A stretch of 64,000 bases of DNA. Origin: Bacteroidales bacterium. GTDB taxonomy: Bacteria > Bacteroidota > Bacteroidia > Bacteroidales > Muribaculaceae. Positions within the stretch are counted from its first letter, which is position 1, and each line of letters starts with the position of its first letter. The notes beneath the pieces are model-generated. The model was not told the origin of the DNA, searched no databases, and saw nothing but the letters and a program-made list of their open reading frames with translations. Of this stretch, positions 1 through 9,040 are shown piece after piece. The position numbers and the translations under genes are program-made. The DNA is taken from assembly GCA_014800385.1 (NCBI GenBank), contig JAAVGE010000011.1:11963-75962 (forward strand), in the 5' to 3' direction.

Positions 1-1577
1 TTGTTTTTTATGGAATTGATAAAGTTGTTGTACTGTTTATCTCCTCCCTCCCAGTTCTTGTTTGATGCGGCTCCGTCAAAAATGCTGCCGGGAGTCATCA
101 TCATCGCCTGGTACTGTGAGTTTGAACCGATGAACGCATCGTTTCGGAAAATGAAACGTCCGCCATCGACCGAGTAACGGATCTGGTAGAGCCATCCGGG
201 CATGAATTTGCCCTTGTTGTCGTCTGCGAAACGGAAAGCGAACTGACGTAGATAAGCCTCAACCTTACCTAAATGAACGGGATCGATTTTCACGAAGGGC
301 ACTTCATGTTTCACACCCTCCTTCAATCGCTGGATGAGTCCGTGGAGGCCATAATATTTGTCGGATGTGTTCAGAGCATGAGAGGCTCCGTGTGACACCA
401 GCACGAGGTTTGACAGAGAGAACATCTGTGCTATTTTTTCCATGAAGGGGTTAACCGAACCCTCAGGTTTATAGAAACTTTCGGCTGAGAAATTCAGAAA
501 ACGTCCGTCATCGGTCTGCTCGACCGTGCGGTAGAAGCAGGGCATATTATCGGCATTGGTGTTCACCTCCAGTTTGGGCTGGGTGAAGAAGTCATAGGCA
601 GCCATTGCCGACATCAGTTCAACAACGTGGCATGGATTTTTCTGATCGCCGCCACCGGTGAGGAGTTTTCCTCCTTCGGTGATGTCGTGGCGCATAATCT
701 GAGGCCATCCGATGTGATAAAGGCGGCGGTAGTAAGTCTTGACTGTCGGATCCTGACGGTAGAAGTCGAGAGCGGCCTGCGAGTTCAACGCGAAATTGCG
801 TGAGTCGGCGACAACCTTCTCGGTCTGTTTCTGTGCCTGGTCGGGAGCGGGAAACTTGAAGTAATCGGTAAGGAGCGACGCGCCGAAAATAACATTTTCG
901 GGGTCAAGGGTGTTCGTGCCGTCCGAGATTATGCGGACAGCCTCATTGAGGGCACGCGGCACCACGGGGATTGAACTTGCGCCTGTGCCGCCGAACACTG
1001 AGCCGAAGATGAACACACGTGCTCCTGCTCCTGCTGCCAGAAGTTTCTCGACAAACTCTTTCAACGCTTTTTCCTGAGGGAGAATCTTATCCTCACCCTT
1101 CATATAGGCGTTGCGTGCAGCCTCAACGATGCCGTTGTACATCAGCATGCTGCCCAGATGGGTCTGTGCGCGGTAGCCGTGCGAAAGGTTGAAATTCTGA
1201 ACGGTTTCCTTGTCGAGGAAAAGGTCGGCAAGGTCCTGATTGTCATGGTCATCGTCGCTGATATTGGCAAGATTGCGGTAAGATACGCGGTTTCCTGAAT
1301 AGTCAGTGGCGAATTTATATAGATTGAGTTTGGCCGTGAAGAAAGAGTCCTTCGTTGCCACACCCCCCTGCTGGTTAGAGGCAGAGGATTTGATGTCGTT
1401 GTATAAGGCTATGAGGTTTTCAGTACGGTCTTTGTTGCCGTTACCGGTGTCGGTGTCGATGGTCAGGATGTCAATTTCCTGTCCGTCGAACATCCCCATT
1501 GCGCAGAGGTGGACAAATGATTCCAGACAGCGCATGCCTGTTCCACCAATGCCGATTACAAAAAGTTTATCGTTCAT
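1..1577 (-). CDS. Tubulin/FtsZ-superfamily GTPase-like protein. First 525 codons only; the ORF is open to the left window edge.
   Basis: Hand translation from the ATG at 1577-1575 gives MNDKLFVIGIGGTGMRCLESFVHLCAMGMFDGQEIDILTIDTDTGNGNKDRTENL... I checked every codon of this frame down to position 3 and found no stop. It has an FtsZ T1-loop-like VIGIGGTG at the N-terminus and a T4-signature-like RVFIFGSVFGGTGASSIPVV at residues 187-206 (nt 961-1020). The family call rests on motif recall only. Confidence 0.6.
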   Translation of the reverse strand, partial: MNDKLFVIGIGGTGMRCLESFVHLCAMGMFDGQEIDILTIDTDTGNGNKDRTENLIALYNDIKSSASNQQGGVATKDSFFTAKLNLYKFATDYSGNRVSYRNLANISDDDHDNQDLADLFLDKETVQNFNLSHGYRAQTHLGSMLMYNGIVEAARNAYMKGEDKILPQEKALKEFVEKLLAAGAGARVFIFGSVFGGTGASSIPVVPRALNEAVRIISDGTNTLDPENVIFGASLLTDYFKFPAPDQAQKQTEKVVADSRNFALNSQAALDFYRQDPTVKTYYRRLYHIGWPQIMRHDITEGGKLLTGGGDQKNPCHVVELMSAMAAYDFFTQPKLEVNTNADNMPCFYRTVEQTDDGRFLNFSAESFYKPEGSVNPFMEKIAQMFSLSNLVLVSHGASHALNTSDKYYGLHGLIQRLKEGVKHEVPFVKIDPVHLGKVEAYLRQFAFRFADDNKGKFMPGWLYQIRYSVDGGRFIFRNDAFIGSNSQYQAMMMTPGSIFDGAASNKNWEGGDKQYNNFINSIKN

Positions 1578-1598
1578 AAGATTAAGGTAGATAACGTA

Positions 1599-2075
1599 TT
1601 AGAACCAAGATCCGAGTTTGGATGACTTGAATGCCTTGCTGAGGATGAAACCGATTGCAACGAATGCCACAAACGAACAAATTGAAACTAAACCTACGTT
1701 GGTGAGCAGTTCACTCATTTTCTTCACCACATCCTGACCGTTCTCCACAACGTAATGTCCTTTGAATTCCTGTTCGGTGTAATAAACGTGACAGGTGAAG
1801 TAATTGGTTACGAATGCAACAATGGGGGTTGCAACCGCGAATATCCAGAAAATGATTTTACGGGTTGAGTTATCTGTTCCGCTGGGGCGGAAAGGAATTG
1901 CGTTTGACCAGAGGATGGCTATGAGCAGCAGAGCCACCAGAACTATGGCGCCCCACATCAATGGCCATTCTATTCCGGGTATCGCAGCCTTTGTTGTTTC
2001 GGCTGCCTGTTGAAATCTACTACCGGTTGAGCCGCCACCCTGACGGGCAATAAACAGGAGAACATTTAATAACAT
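1599..2075 (-). CDS. Small integral membrane protein (158 aa, about 3 predicted TM helices)
   Basis: ATG confirmed at 2075. Hydrophobic stretches include WGAIVLVALLLIAILW, IIFWIFAVATPIVAFV and VGLVSICSFVAFVAIGFIL. It lies 21 nt upstream of the tubulin-like gene and 34 nt downstream of the lipoprotein gene, on the same strand. Confidence 0.6.
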   Translation of the reverse strand: MLLNVLLFIARQGGGSTGSRFQQAAETTKAAIPGIEWPLMWGAIVLVALLLIAILWSNAIPFRPSGTDNSTRKIIFWIFAVATPIVAFVTNYFTCHVYYTEQEFKGHYVVENGQDVVKKMSELLTNVGLVSICSFVAFVAIGFILSKAFKSSKLGSWF

Positions 2076-2109
2076 AACAATAGATATTTTTTGGTTTATA
2101 ATTACTTAA

Positions 2110-3747
2110 TTAATCTTCGCTATCTTCTTCTGACTGAGCGTAGTAGTCATAAAGTTTATCAAGATCCGGATAAAGATTCTGCAGGAAATCCTTGTCATAT
2201 TCATCCTTGTGGGTGTCAGAAGTGCCGAATGGAGAGATGTAATATGTGTAGAGCACTTTTCCCTTAGGACTTACTTCATGCAGTGCGAGACGGATTGATT
2301 CAGAAAGATTGTCGTAGTTTCCCCACTTGAACAGGTCATCCAGTTCGGTGTCTTTCAGGTAGTTGACATCGCTGATTACAATATCAACACGGATAAGATC
2401 ATCAGAAGGATAAGACTTTGTAAGTCCGTTAAGCGTTACCGGAGTTTTATTCTCTGTGTTGAAATCCTCGCTGAAAGTGAATCCTACTTCACGGTAACCG
2501 GGATGTGATTTCCCTCCGTTTTCTTCATAACCCTTAATTATTTTAGTAGGCTCATTGACAAATACAAAGAGATCTTTTATTTCATTGAACGGCATGGGAT
2601 TGTACTCGAACTCAGGTTTGAGTTTGCCATCCGGTTCATAGTACGGGTCGTCATTACTATTCGTAGGAGTAGCCTTGATGGCGGTCAGATGATTATGGAA
2701 AGCCTCATAATCATCCTGGACGGAGTAAGTGTTTATGTCCAGTTTCACATCTTTGTAAGGAAGATCATCTGTGCTTATGAAAAGGTTCTGGGCGAAATAG
2801 CGGAAAACGGTAGGTGGATAATCACGGTTAGTGCCACGGAGTTTGAGAGCAGCCATGCGGTTTATTCGCTGAAAAGATTCCTCAAGCGGGTAAAACTCTG
2901 AGCAATACTCGTCCATCTTAACGTAATGACAATCCTCATCAGGATTTTCGCATACTGTTGTCACATCATCTTCACCTTTTTCGTTGTGATAGTTACCACC
3001 TTTGGCGGCCGAGGGGTAATCGGTGATAATCTTGTAGTTGTTGTTACCCATGGTGAAGGTACGGTAGTTGACTGGCTTGCCGTTCAGTCCGGCCTCGATT
3101 TTTTTCATCAGTTTGCCATCCTTACCGTCGAAAACGGTGTAGAACAGTTTCTTATCCTTACCTTTCTCCTTGTAGTCAACGATATAGAATGTGATGTCGT
3201 AGCCTCGTTTCAGCCACTCGATGAAATACTGTTTTGCGTATGCTCCCTTGAATATTTTGCCCCCGTCGTATTCTTCATAGTCGGTTACAAGCAGGGCAGG
3301 TTTGTTCTGGTCGATAATCTGCTGCAATGCCTTGCGTATGGGAGCAGCCTGCTGAGCATAGTTCTTGGGGTTCATTATATCCTGGAATATCTGCTCTGAG
3401 TCGCCGGTCATCGGTTTCAGTTCCAGACTTCCGAGAGAATAGAATTCGGTTTCGGGAGTGGTCACGGCATTGACGATATTGTGCAGGTTTTCCTTGCTTG
3501 TCGGGTCATTGTAAGCCATGTTCACACCGTCGGAGAAGTCGAAATAAGCGGCATATCCGGGTGCCAGAGGCTTCACGTCGATGGTGTCGCGCGCTTCCAT
3601 GTAGCGGGTGATGTATTCTGTGTTAGGGTAGACTTTCTCCGCTGCGGACTCTGTGTCCTTATTACAACCTGAAGTCATAATGGAAAACGCACCAACCCCC
3701 ACCAGTGCCACAGCGCCTAAAGCAAAAGATAGAAATTTCTTATTCAT
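2110..3747 (-). CDS. Lipoprotein, 545 aa, function unknown, with an acidic C-terminal tail
   Basis: ATG at 3747. Signal peptide plus lipobox: MNKKFLSFALGAVALVGVGAFSIMTSGC. The segment NKPALLVTDYEEYDGG is reminiscent of a vWA-type beta-strand/acidic motif (weak). The protein ends ...YYAQSEEDSED. Confidence 0.75.
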   Translation of the reverse strand: MNKKFLSFALGAVALVGVGAFSIMTSGCNKDTESAAEKVYPNTEYITRYMEARDTIDVKPLAPGYAAYFDFSDGVNMAYNDPTSKENLHNIVNAVTTPETEFYSLGSLELKPMTGDSEQIFQDIMNPKNYAQQAAPIRKALQQIIDQNKPALLVTDYEEYDGGKIFKGAYAKQYFIEWLKRGYDITFYIVDYKEKGKDKKLFYTVFDGKDGKLMKKIEAGLNGKPVNYRTFTMGNNNYKIITDYPSAAKGGNYHNEKGEDDVTTVCENPDEDCHYVKMDEYCSEFYPLEESFQRINRMAALKLRGTNRDYPPTVFRYFAQNLFISTDDLPYKDVKLDINTYSVQDDYEAFHNHLTAIKATPTNSNDDPYYEPDGKLKPEFEYNPMPFNEIKDLFVFVNEPTKIIKGYEENGGKSHPGYREVGFTFSEDFNTENKTPVTLNGLTKSYPSDDLIRVDIVISDVNYLKDTELDDLFKWGNYDNLSESIRLALHEVSPKGKVLYTYYISPFGTSDTHKDEYDKDFLQNLYPDLDKLYDYYAQSEEDSED

Positions 3748-3829
3748 GGATATAATTCTGATAATCAGTTCGGTTTATAATTAATTTCGCCTGAAAGGTA
3801 GCGTATTGACACACTACTCCTTCAAAAAG

Positions 3830-3837
3830 CAAAATTA
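3830..3837 (-). promoter_or_regulatory. Candidate Bacteroidetes -7 box (TAATTTTG on the minus strand) for the lipoprotein/membrane/tubulin-like operon
   Basis: The plus strand reads caaaatta, which matches TAnnTTTG on the minus strand. It lies 83 nt upstream of the ATG at 3747. Confidence 0.3.
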
Positions 3838-3962
3838 AACTTTTTTTTCTTTATTCCCAAGTTTTAGTGCGGAAAAGTGAAAAAACTCTTATATAAACCG
3901 AATCAAACCAAGCAGGCAGCGTTATCAGAGGTCATTTTGTATGGGTTGTATTACATGACAGA

Positions 3963-4158
3963 GGGGGTGTGTCAAAAATTGATGTAGCCTGGTATTTTTT
4001 ATGAGTTGTACGCTCATGGACAGTGATGTATATTCGGCGGATGCTCCAGGGAGCATCCCTACACTCTTAATAATCAACACATTAGCCCTGTAGGGCTGCT
4101 CCATGGAGCAGCCGCATAATCATGTTTACGGCGAGGATGCGCCTATTTTGAAACACCC
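3963..4158 (+). repeat. MITE/REP-like palindromic intergenic repeat, copy A
   Basis: Terminal inverted repeats are GGGGTGTGTCAAAAATTG ... CCTATTTTGAAACACCC. Internal palindromes are GGATGCTCCAGGGAGCATCC and GGCTGCTCCATGGAGCAGCC. It aligns along its length with 25154-25344 (reverse complement) and 61989-62140. Confidence 0.8.
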
Positions 4159-4228
4159 ACAAATTTGCAGGTATTAATAGGAGGATAGAATTATCCTTAT
4201 CACGTTATTTTGCAACCACTGCCCTTGA

Positions 4229-5266
4229 TTACACCGTAATCTCACCAATAAGTGAGCAACTGAGGTATTTGGCAACTTCGGCAGAAGGGAGTCCCATTCC
4301 GAACAGGTGCATCATTTTGGTGACAGCAGCCTCGCAGGTCATGTCATGACCCGATATTACTCCGGCACGCGAAAGTCGGTCGCCTGCGTAGTAGCGGCTG
4401 TTGACCCCTCCGTTGGCACACTGGGTGATGTTCAGTATGACTATCCCCCGCTCTACGGCTTCGCTCATCAGTTTATAGAACCATTCGCTGGTGGGGGCAT
4501 TACCCGCACCGTAGGTTTTCAGCACCACCCCTTTCACACCTGGTGTATTGAGCAGATGGCGCAGGGTTGATTCGGTGATGCCTGGGAACAGATCCACCAC
4601 AACCACCGATGGGTCAAGATGTTTGCGAAGGTCAAGCGGACGACGCGAAGGGCTGCGCCACAGTGCCTCGTGATTGAAATGTATCCCAAGTCCGATCTTG
4701 GCAAGCGGTGGATAATTATTACTCTTGAATGCGTTGAAGTTGTCAGCGCTCATCTTGGTGGAGCGGTTGCCTCGCCAAAGATAGTTTTCAAACAGAATAG
4801 CCACCTCCTGTATCATTGGCTCACCGGTTGCCGGATCCTTGGCCGCGGCAATCTGCAGGGCCGTAATCAGATTTTCCTCACCATCCGTACGTACCTCACC
4901 TATAGGGAGTTGCGAGCCGGTAATAATCACCGGCTTGTGCAGATTACCCAGCATGAACGAGAGCGCCGATGCGGTGTAGGCCATGGTATCGGTGCCGTGC
5001 AGAACAACAAATCCGTCGTAGTCGGTGTAGTTCTCCGTTATACACTCCGCAATCATCTCCCAATAATGGGGGTCCATGTCGCTGGAGTCGATCGGTTCGG
5101 CGAACTGGCGATGACTGATGTCATAACCTAATTTGTTGATTTTGGGCACATTTTCAATCAGGTGATCAAAATCGAACGGACGCAAAGTGCCGGTGGAGGC
5201 ATCCTCGATCATTCCGATGGTGCCTCCGGTGTAAATGATGAGTATGTTTGGCTTGGAGGGATTCAT
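4229..5266 (-). CDS. ansA: L-asparaginase, type I (cytoplasmic)
   Basis: ATG at 5266. Motifs: ILIIYTGGTIGM (threonine active-site motif) and VVLHGTDTMAYTASAL. 345 aa, no signal peptide. Confidence 0.9.
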   Translation of the reverse strand: MNPSKPNILIIYTGGTIGMIEDASTGTLRPFDFDHLIENVPKINKLGYDISHRQFAEPIDSSDMDPHYWEMIAECITENYTDYDGFVVLHGTDTMAYTASALSFMLGNLHKPVIITGSQLPIGEVRTDGEENLITALQIAAAKDPATGEPMIQEVAILFENYLWRGNRSTKMSADNFNAFKSNNYPPLAKIGLGIHFNHEALWRSPSRRPLDLRKHLDPSVVVVDLFPGITESTLRHLLNTPGVKGVVLKTYGAGNAPTSEWFYKLMSEAVERGIVILNITQCANGGVNSRYYAGDRLSRAGVISGHDMTCEAAVTKMMHLFGMGLPSAEVAKYLSCSLIGEITV

Positions 5267-5466
5267 TTGTGGTTAAGTAGAAGTTGAAATTATTTTATAT
5301 TATCAAGCAGATGTTGTTTCTACTTATTTCATTTCTCTTTTCGGCGCTATTTCGTTTTTTTCATCAGTCGTGTAGTTCACTAGACTCCTTCTTCAAAAAC
5401 AAAATATCACTCGAAAATAGAAACGAACTAAGTATAAACTAATTTTCAACATCTACTTATCCTTTT

Positions 5467-7509
5467 TTATCCTACCTTTCCACCGGGAGTAGCAGGATTG
5501 ATCGTTGTTACAACCGAGAGGGAGCCGTCGGCATTCACTGCAGAGAGAATCATACCTTGCGACTCAATCCCCTGAATGACACGCGGAGCGAAATTGGCAA
5601 CGAAAACCACCTGTTTGCCAACGAGTTGCTCAGGTTCATAATACTGAGCGATACCGCTGACAATGGTGCGCTGCTCCATGCCGTCGTCAATGAGGAATTT
5701 GAGCAGTTTCTTTGATTTTTTCACCTTGGAACATTCCACAACGGTGCCCACACGCATGTCAAGTTTTTCAAAATCCTCGAACGCAACTGCGGGTGCCACC
5801 GGTTCGGGCTTGAAGTTCTTCAACTGGTTCTCTTTTTTTATGCGCTCCAGACGATCAAGTTGCCCCTGGATGACATCATCTTCAATCTTGTCGAACAGCA
5901 GTTCGGCTTTGCCTAACTCTGTTCCTTCGGCAATCAGGTCATCGGAGCCGAGCATATCCCAATTGATGTTTTCCATGCGGAGCATGCCGCGCAGTTTGTC
6001 GCTCATGAAGGGGAGGAACGGTTCAAAGGCAATTGCCAGATTACCACAGAGTTGCAGAGCAACGTTAAGGATTGTGGCAGTACGTTCCATATCGGTTTTT
6101 GCCACCTTCCAGGGTTCTGTTTCCTGAAGATACTTATTACCGAGACGGGCAATGTTCATAGCCTCCTTGAGAGCCTCGCGGAAGTGGAAGTTATCCAGAT
6201 TTTCCTCCAGTGCAGCCTTGATGGTCTTCACCTCGGCAAGTGTTTCACTATCAATGGGTTCAAGTGCGCCACGAACAGGAACAACTCCACCGAAATATTT
6301 GTGGGTCAGGACAATGGCACGGTTGACAAAGTTACCCAGGATTGCCACCAGTTCGCTGTTGTTACGCGCCTGGAAGTCGCGCCAGGTAAAGTCGTTATCC
6401 TTTGTTTCGGGAGCATTGGCTGTAAGCACATAGCGCAGCACATCCTGCTTGCCGGGGAAATCCTGAAGATATTCGTGGAGCCAGATGGCCCAGTTGCGTG
6501 ATGTTGAAATTTTGTCACCTTCAAGGTTAAGGAACTCATTTGAAGGCACATTGTCGGGCAACTGATAGCCATCGCCGTAAGCCATAAGCATGGCGGGGAA
6601 CACTATGCAGTGGAAAACAATGTTGTCCTTACCGATGAAATGTATTATGCGTGATTCAGGATCTTTCCAATATTTTTCCCATGAGTCGGGGAGCAGTTCC
6701 TTGGTGTTGGAGATATAGCCGATGGGGGCGTCGAACCACACGTAAAGCACCTTTCCGTCGGCACCCTCAACAGGAACGGGGACACCCCAGTCGAGGTCAC
6801 GGCTCACGGCACGGGGCTGCAAACCCAAGTCAAGCCATGATTTACACTGTCCGTAGACATTGGGACGCCACTCTTTGTGTTCCTCAAGAATCCATTTTTC
6901 CAGTGCGGGCTGCCACTTGTCAAGCGGGAGATACCAGTGGTGTGTTTCACGCAGCACGGGAGTTGAACCGGTAATGGCACTCTTGGGATTGATGAGGTCA
7001 GTGGCATTGAGCGACGAGCCGCACTTTTCGCACTGGTCACCGTAGGCACCCTGTGCGTGGCAGTTGGGACATTCACCGGTCACATAGCGGTCAGCCAGGA
7101 ACTGGCCTGCTTTTTCATCATAGAGTTGCATGGATGTTTTCTCCACGAACTCACCCTTGTCATAAAGGTGACGGAAAAACTCCGATGCAGTTTCGTTATG
7201 AATATCGGAAGTGGTGCGGGAATAGACATCAAACGATATACCCAACCCCTCAAACGAATCCTTGATTATATTGTGATAGCGGTCTACGATATCCTGAGGA
7301 GTGACCCCCTCAGCCTTTGCCTTGATAGTGATGGGCACACCGTGTTCATCGCTTCCGCCAATCATTTTCACATCCTCACCGCGCAGACGCAGGTAACGGG
7401 TATAGATGTCGGCAGGTACATAAACACCGGCAAGATGACCGATGTGGACAGGACCGTTAGCGTAGGGTAACGCTGTGGTCACCAGGGTTCGTTTGAATTT
7501 CTTTTCCAT
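5467..7509 (-). CDS. metG: Methionine--tRNA ligase
   Basis: Motifs: [16 protein letters not shown] (HIGH), [10 protein letters not shown] (KMSKS-like), a [18 protein letters not shown] zinc knuckle, and a C-terminal EMAP/tRNA-binding domain ([21 protein letters not shown]). I trimmed the start to the ATG at 7509 ([12 protein letters not shown]), dropping a 28-codon upstream extension. Confidence 0.95.
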   Translation of the reverse strand: MEKKFKRTLVTTALPYANGPVHIGHLAGVYVPADIYTRYLRLRGEDVKMIGGSDEHGVPITIKAKAEGVTPQDIVDRYHNIIKDSFEGLGISFDVYSRTTSDIHNETASEFFRHLYDKGEFVEKTSMQLYDEKAGQFLADRYVTGECPNCHAQGAYGDQCEKCGSSLNATDLINPKSAITGSTPVLRETHHWYLPLDKWQPALEKWILEEHKEWRPNVYGQCKSWLDLGLQPRAVSRDLDWGVPVPVEGADGKVLYVWFDAPIGYISNTKELLPDSWEKYWKDPESRIIHFIGKDNIVFHCIVFPAMLMAYGDGYQLPDNVPSNEFLNLEGDKISTSRNWAIWLHEYLQDFPGKQDVLRYVLTANAPETKDNDFTWRDFQARNNSELVAILGNFVNRAIVLTHKYFGGVVPVRGALEPIDSETLAEVKTIKAALEENLDNFHFREALKEAMNIARLGNKYLQETEPWKVAKTDMERTATILNVALQLCGNLAIAFEPFLPFMSDKLRGMLRMENINWDMLGSDDLIAEGTELGKAELLFDKIEDDVIQGQLDRLERIKKENQLKNFKPEPVAPAVAFEDFEKLDMRVGTVVECSKVKKSKKLLKFLIDDGMEQRTIVSGIAQYYEPEQLVGKQVVFVANFAPRVIQGIESQGMILSAVNADGSLSVVTTINPATPGGKVG

Positions 7510-7652
7510 TATATGATAGTGTGATTCTGTTTCAAATTTATATTCTGCAAATATAGTAAATTTTGGTAAAATGGTCAAACTTTTTACCCACAAGTAGATA
7601 ACGTACCCTCAAAATTCTATCCAAATTTCTCTTCTCCCCTACCCTGCAATCT

Positions 7653-7901
7653 CTACATGGATTTCTCCATCGCTTGAATTGATGTCAAGTCAAGAGGTTG
7701 TACATTACGGTTATCCCCGTTTTCTGCTTCCCGCATTGCTGCGAGGGTGGTTTCATTGGGCTGGTGGTATGCAGCATCAAGGAGTAAAGTTTCAACATAG
7801 TTGTTCAGACTACGATTCTCAAGTTTAGCAAGTCGCTTTAAACGCTCAATCAGGTCAACTGACAAGCGAAAACTTTGGTTTTTCTTCAATGCAACATCCA
7901 T
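7653..7901 (-). CDS. Ribbon-helix-helix, DinJ/RelB-like antitoxin-family protein (82 aa), no adjacent toxin gene
   Basis: The track start is TTG at 7907, and the first ATG is at 7901 (MDVALKKNQSFRLSVDLIERLKRLAKLENRSLNNYVETLL). The N-terminus has an RHH pattern. The C-terminal NETTLAAMREAENGD resembles the DinJ/RelB toxin-binding tail. Confidence 0.6.
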   Translation of the reverse strand: MDVALKKNQSFRLSVDLIERLKRLAKLENRSLNNYVETLLLDAAYHQPNETTLAAMREAENGDNRNVQPLDLTSIQAMEKSM

Positions 7902-7978
7902 AAGCAATCATTACTTTTTAAATATGTTCATGCGATTAACATTAACAAGAAGCCGGCTTGGACAGATTAAATGTAATA

Positions 7979-9040
7979 TCACCAGATGTTGAAGCGGTAG
8001 CCGACGCTGGCGCTGAAGGTCCAGTTCATGTTCAGCAGGGAGTGATCACGTTCACGGATGAATCCGAGGTTGAGTTCGCCGTTCAGCCCCACAAAGAGAC
8101 GGTTGTTATGGTTATATGCGGCACCGGCACGCAGGCGATTGGAGAAGGCGAACGACACCCGTTCTTCGTTGGGGTTGTTGATGTAGCCGTGACGGATTCC
8201 AACCATAGGAGCCTCCGATATTCCGAGTACCCAGTTGTGAGGGAACACGAAGTTGTGGCCGTACCCTATTTTAAGTGCGTAGTTTCGGGCAAGAACACGA
8301 TAGGTGTAGCCTCCCCACGATTCGGGTAGTTCATCCTTGATGTAATCCGGGGTGTCGCTGAAGTCAAATTTGTAGTTTTGTTCGGAATAGGAAATTCCGG
8401 CAAAGAATGAGCCCGCGCTACGTTTTTGAATCTTGCTATATGAGAAGGCGGCGGCCTGTGAGTATTTTTTATGATTGAAGAAATAATACGTTTCCACACC
8501 CCACGAACTGCAGTTGATGCCGTTGAAGTGCAGATCGGGGTTGACATGATCCTCCGGTGTACCGAAATAGTTTATCCTGGTGCCGACATCATTGCTGATG
8601 AAATAAAAGTCAGCCGCCAGCAGCGAACAAGTGAATCCGAAATTGAATCTTTTACGGGCACGCGGGTCTGCTCCGAGATATTTTGAGATGTTGAGGTCAT
8701 AGCCCAGTGACAGGGCGAGGTAGGTGACATAGAAACCCATTGAGGTACAAGGGTCGGAGACCATGTCAAGGCGGGTGTCCTCATTCAGTATGAATCCGTA
8801 ATAGTCTTGCCAGGTTTCGGTGCGTGCCTTGACATTGAACTTGTAGCCGGTGCCGACAACATAAGTAGAGTCGTAGGTGTTGAAGAACCGGTCGCCCCAG
8901 CGGTAAACATTTATGGCAGCCCGAGGCACCTTGCCCATAGCGGCAATGGAATCAAGCGCGAAGGAAAAAGCCTGCACACGCTGGGTTCCCGCTACGGTCA
9001 GCAGAAACAGCAGAGTCAATATGCCTGATAGTCGTTTCAC
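7979..9040 (-). CDS. Putative outer-membrane beta-barrel protein (353 aa)
   Basis: GTG start at 9040 overlaps the upstream TGA (GTGA). Signal peptide: MKRLSGILTLLFLLTVAGTQRVQA. The sequence has an alternating amphipathic pattern rich in G/Y/F/N and ends ...SVGYRFNIW, a C-terminal aromatic typical of OMPs. Confidence 0.65.
   Translation of the reverse strand: MKRLSGILTLLFLLTVAGTQRVQAFSFALDSIAAMGKVPRAAINVYRWGDRFFNTYDSTYVVGTGYKFNVKARTETWQDYYGFILNEDTRLDMVSDPCTSMGFYVTYLALSLGYDLNISKYLGADPRARKRFNFGFTCSLLAADFYFISNDVGTRINYFGTPEDHVNPDLHFNGINCSSWGVETYYFFNHKKYSQAAAFSYSKIQKRSAGSFFAGISYSEQNYKFDFSDTPDYIKDELPESWGGYTYRVLARNYALKIGYGHNFVFPHNWVLGISEAPMVGIRHGYINNPNEERVSFAFSNRLRAGAAYNHNNRLFVGLNGELNLGFIRERDHSLLNMNWTFSASVGYRFNIW

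Noticed and set aside
1142-1590. Track ORFs 1142-1363 (-) and 1306-1590 (+)
   Set aside because: Both lie inside the 525-codon open frame of the tubulin-like gene, either in another frame or on the opposite strand. One starts with GTG. They have no independent support.
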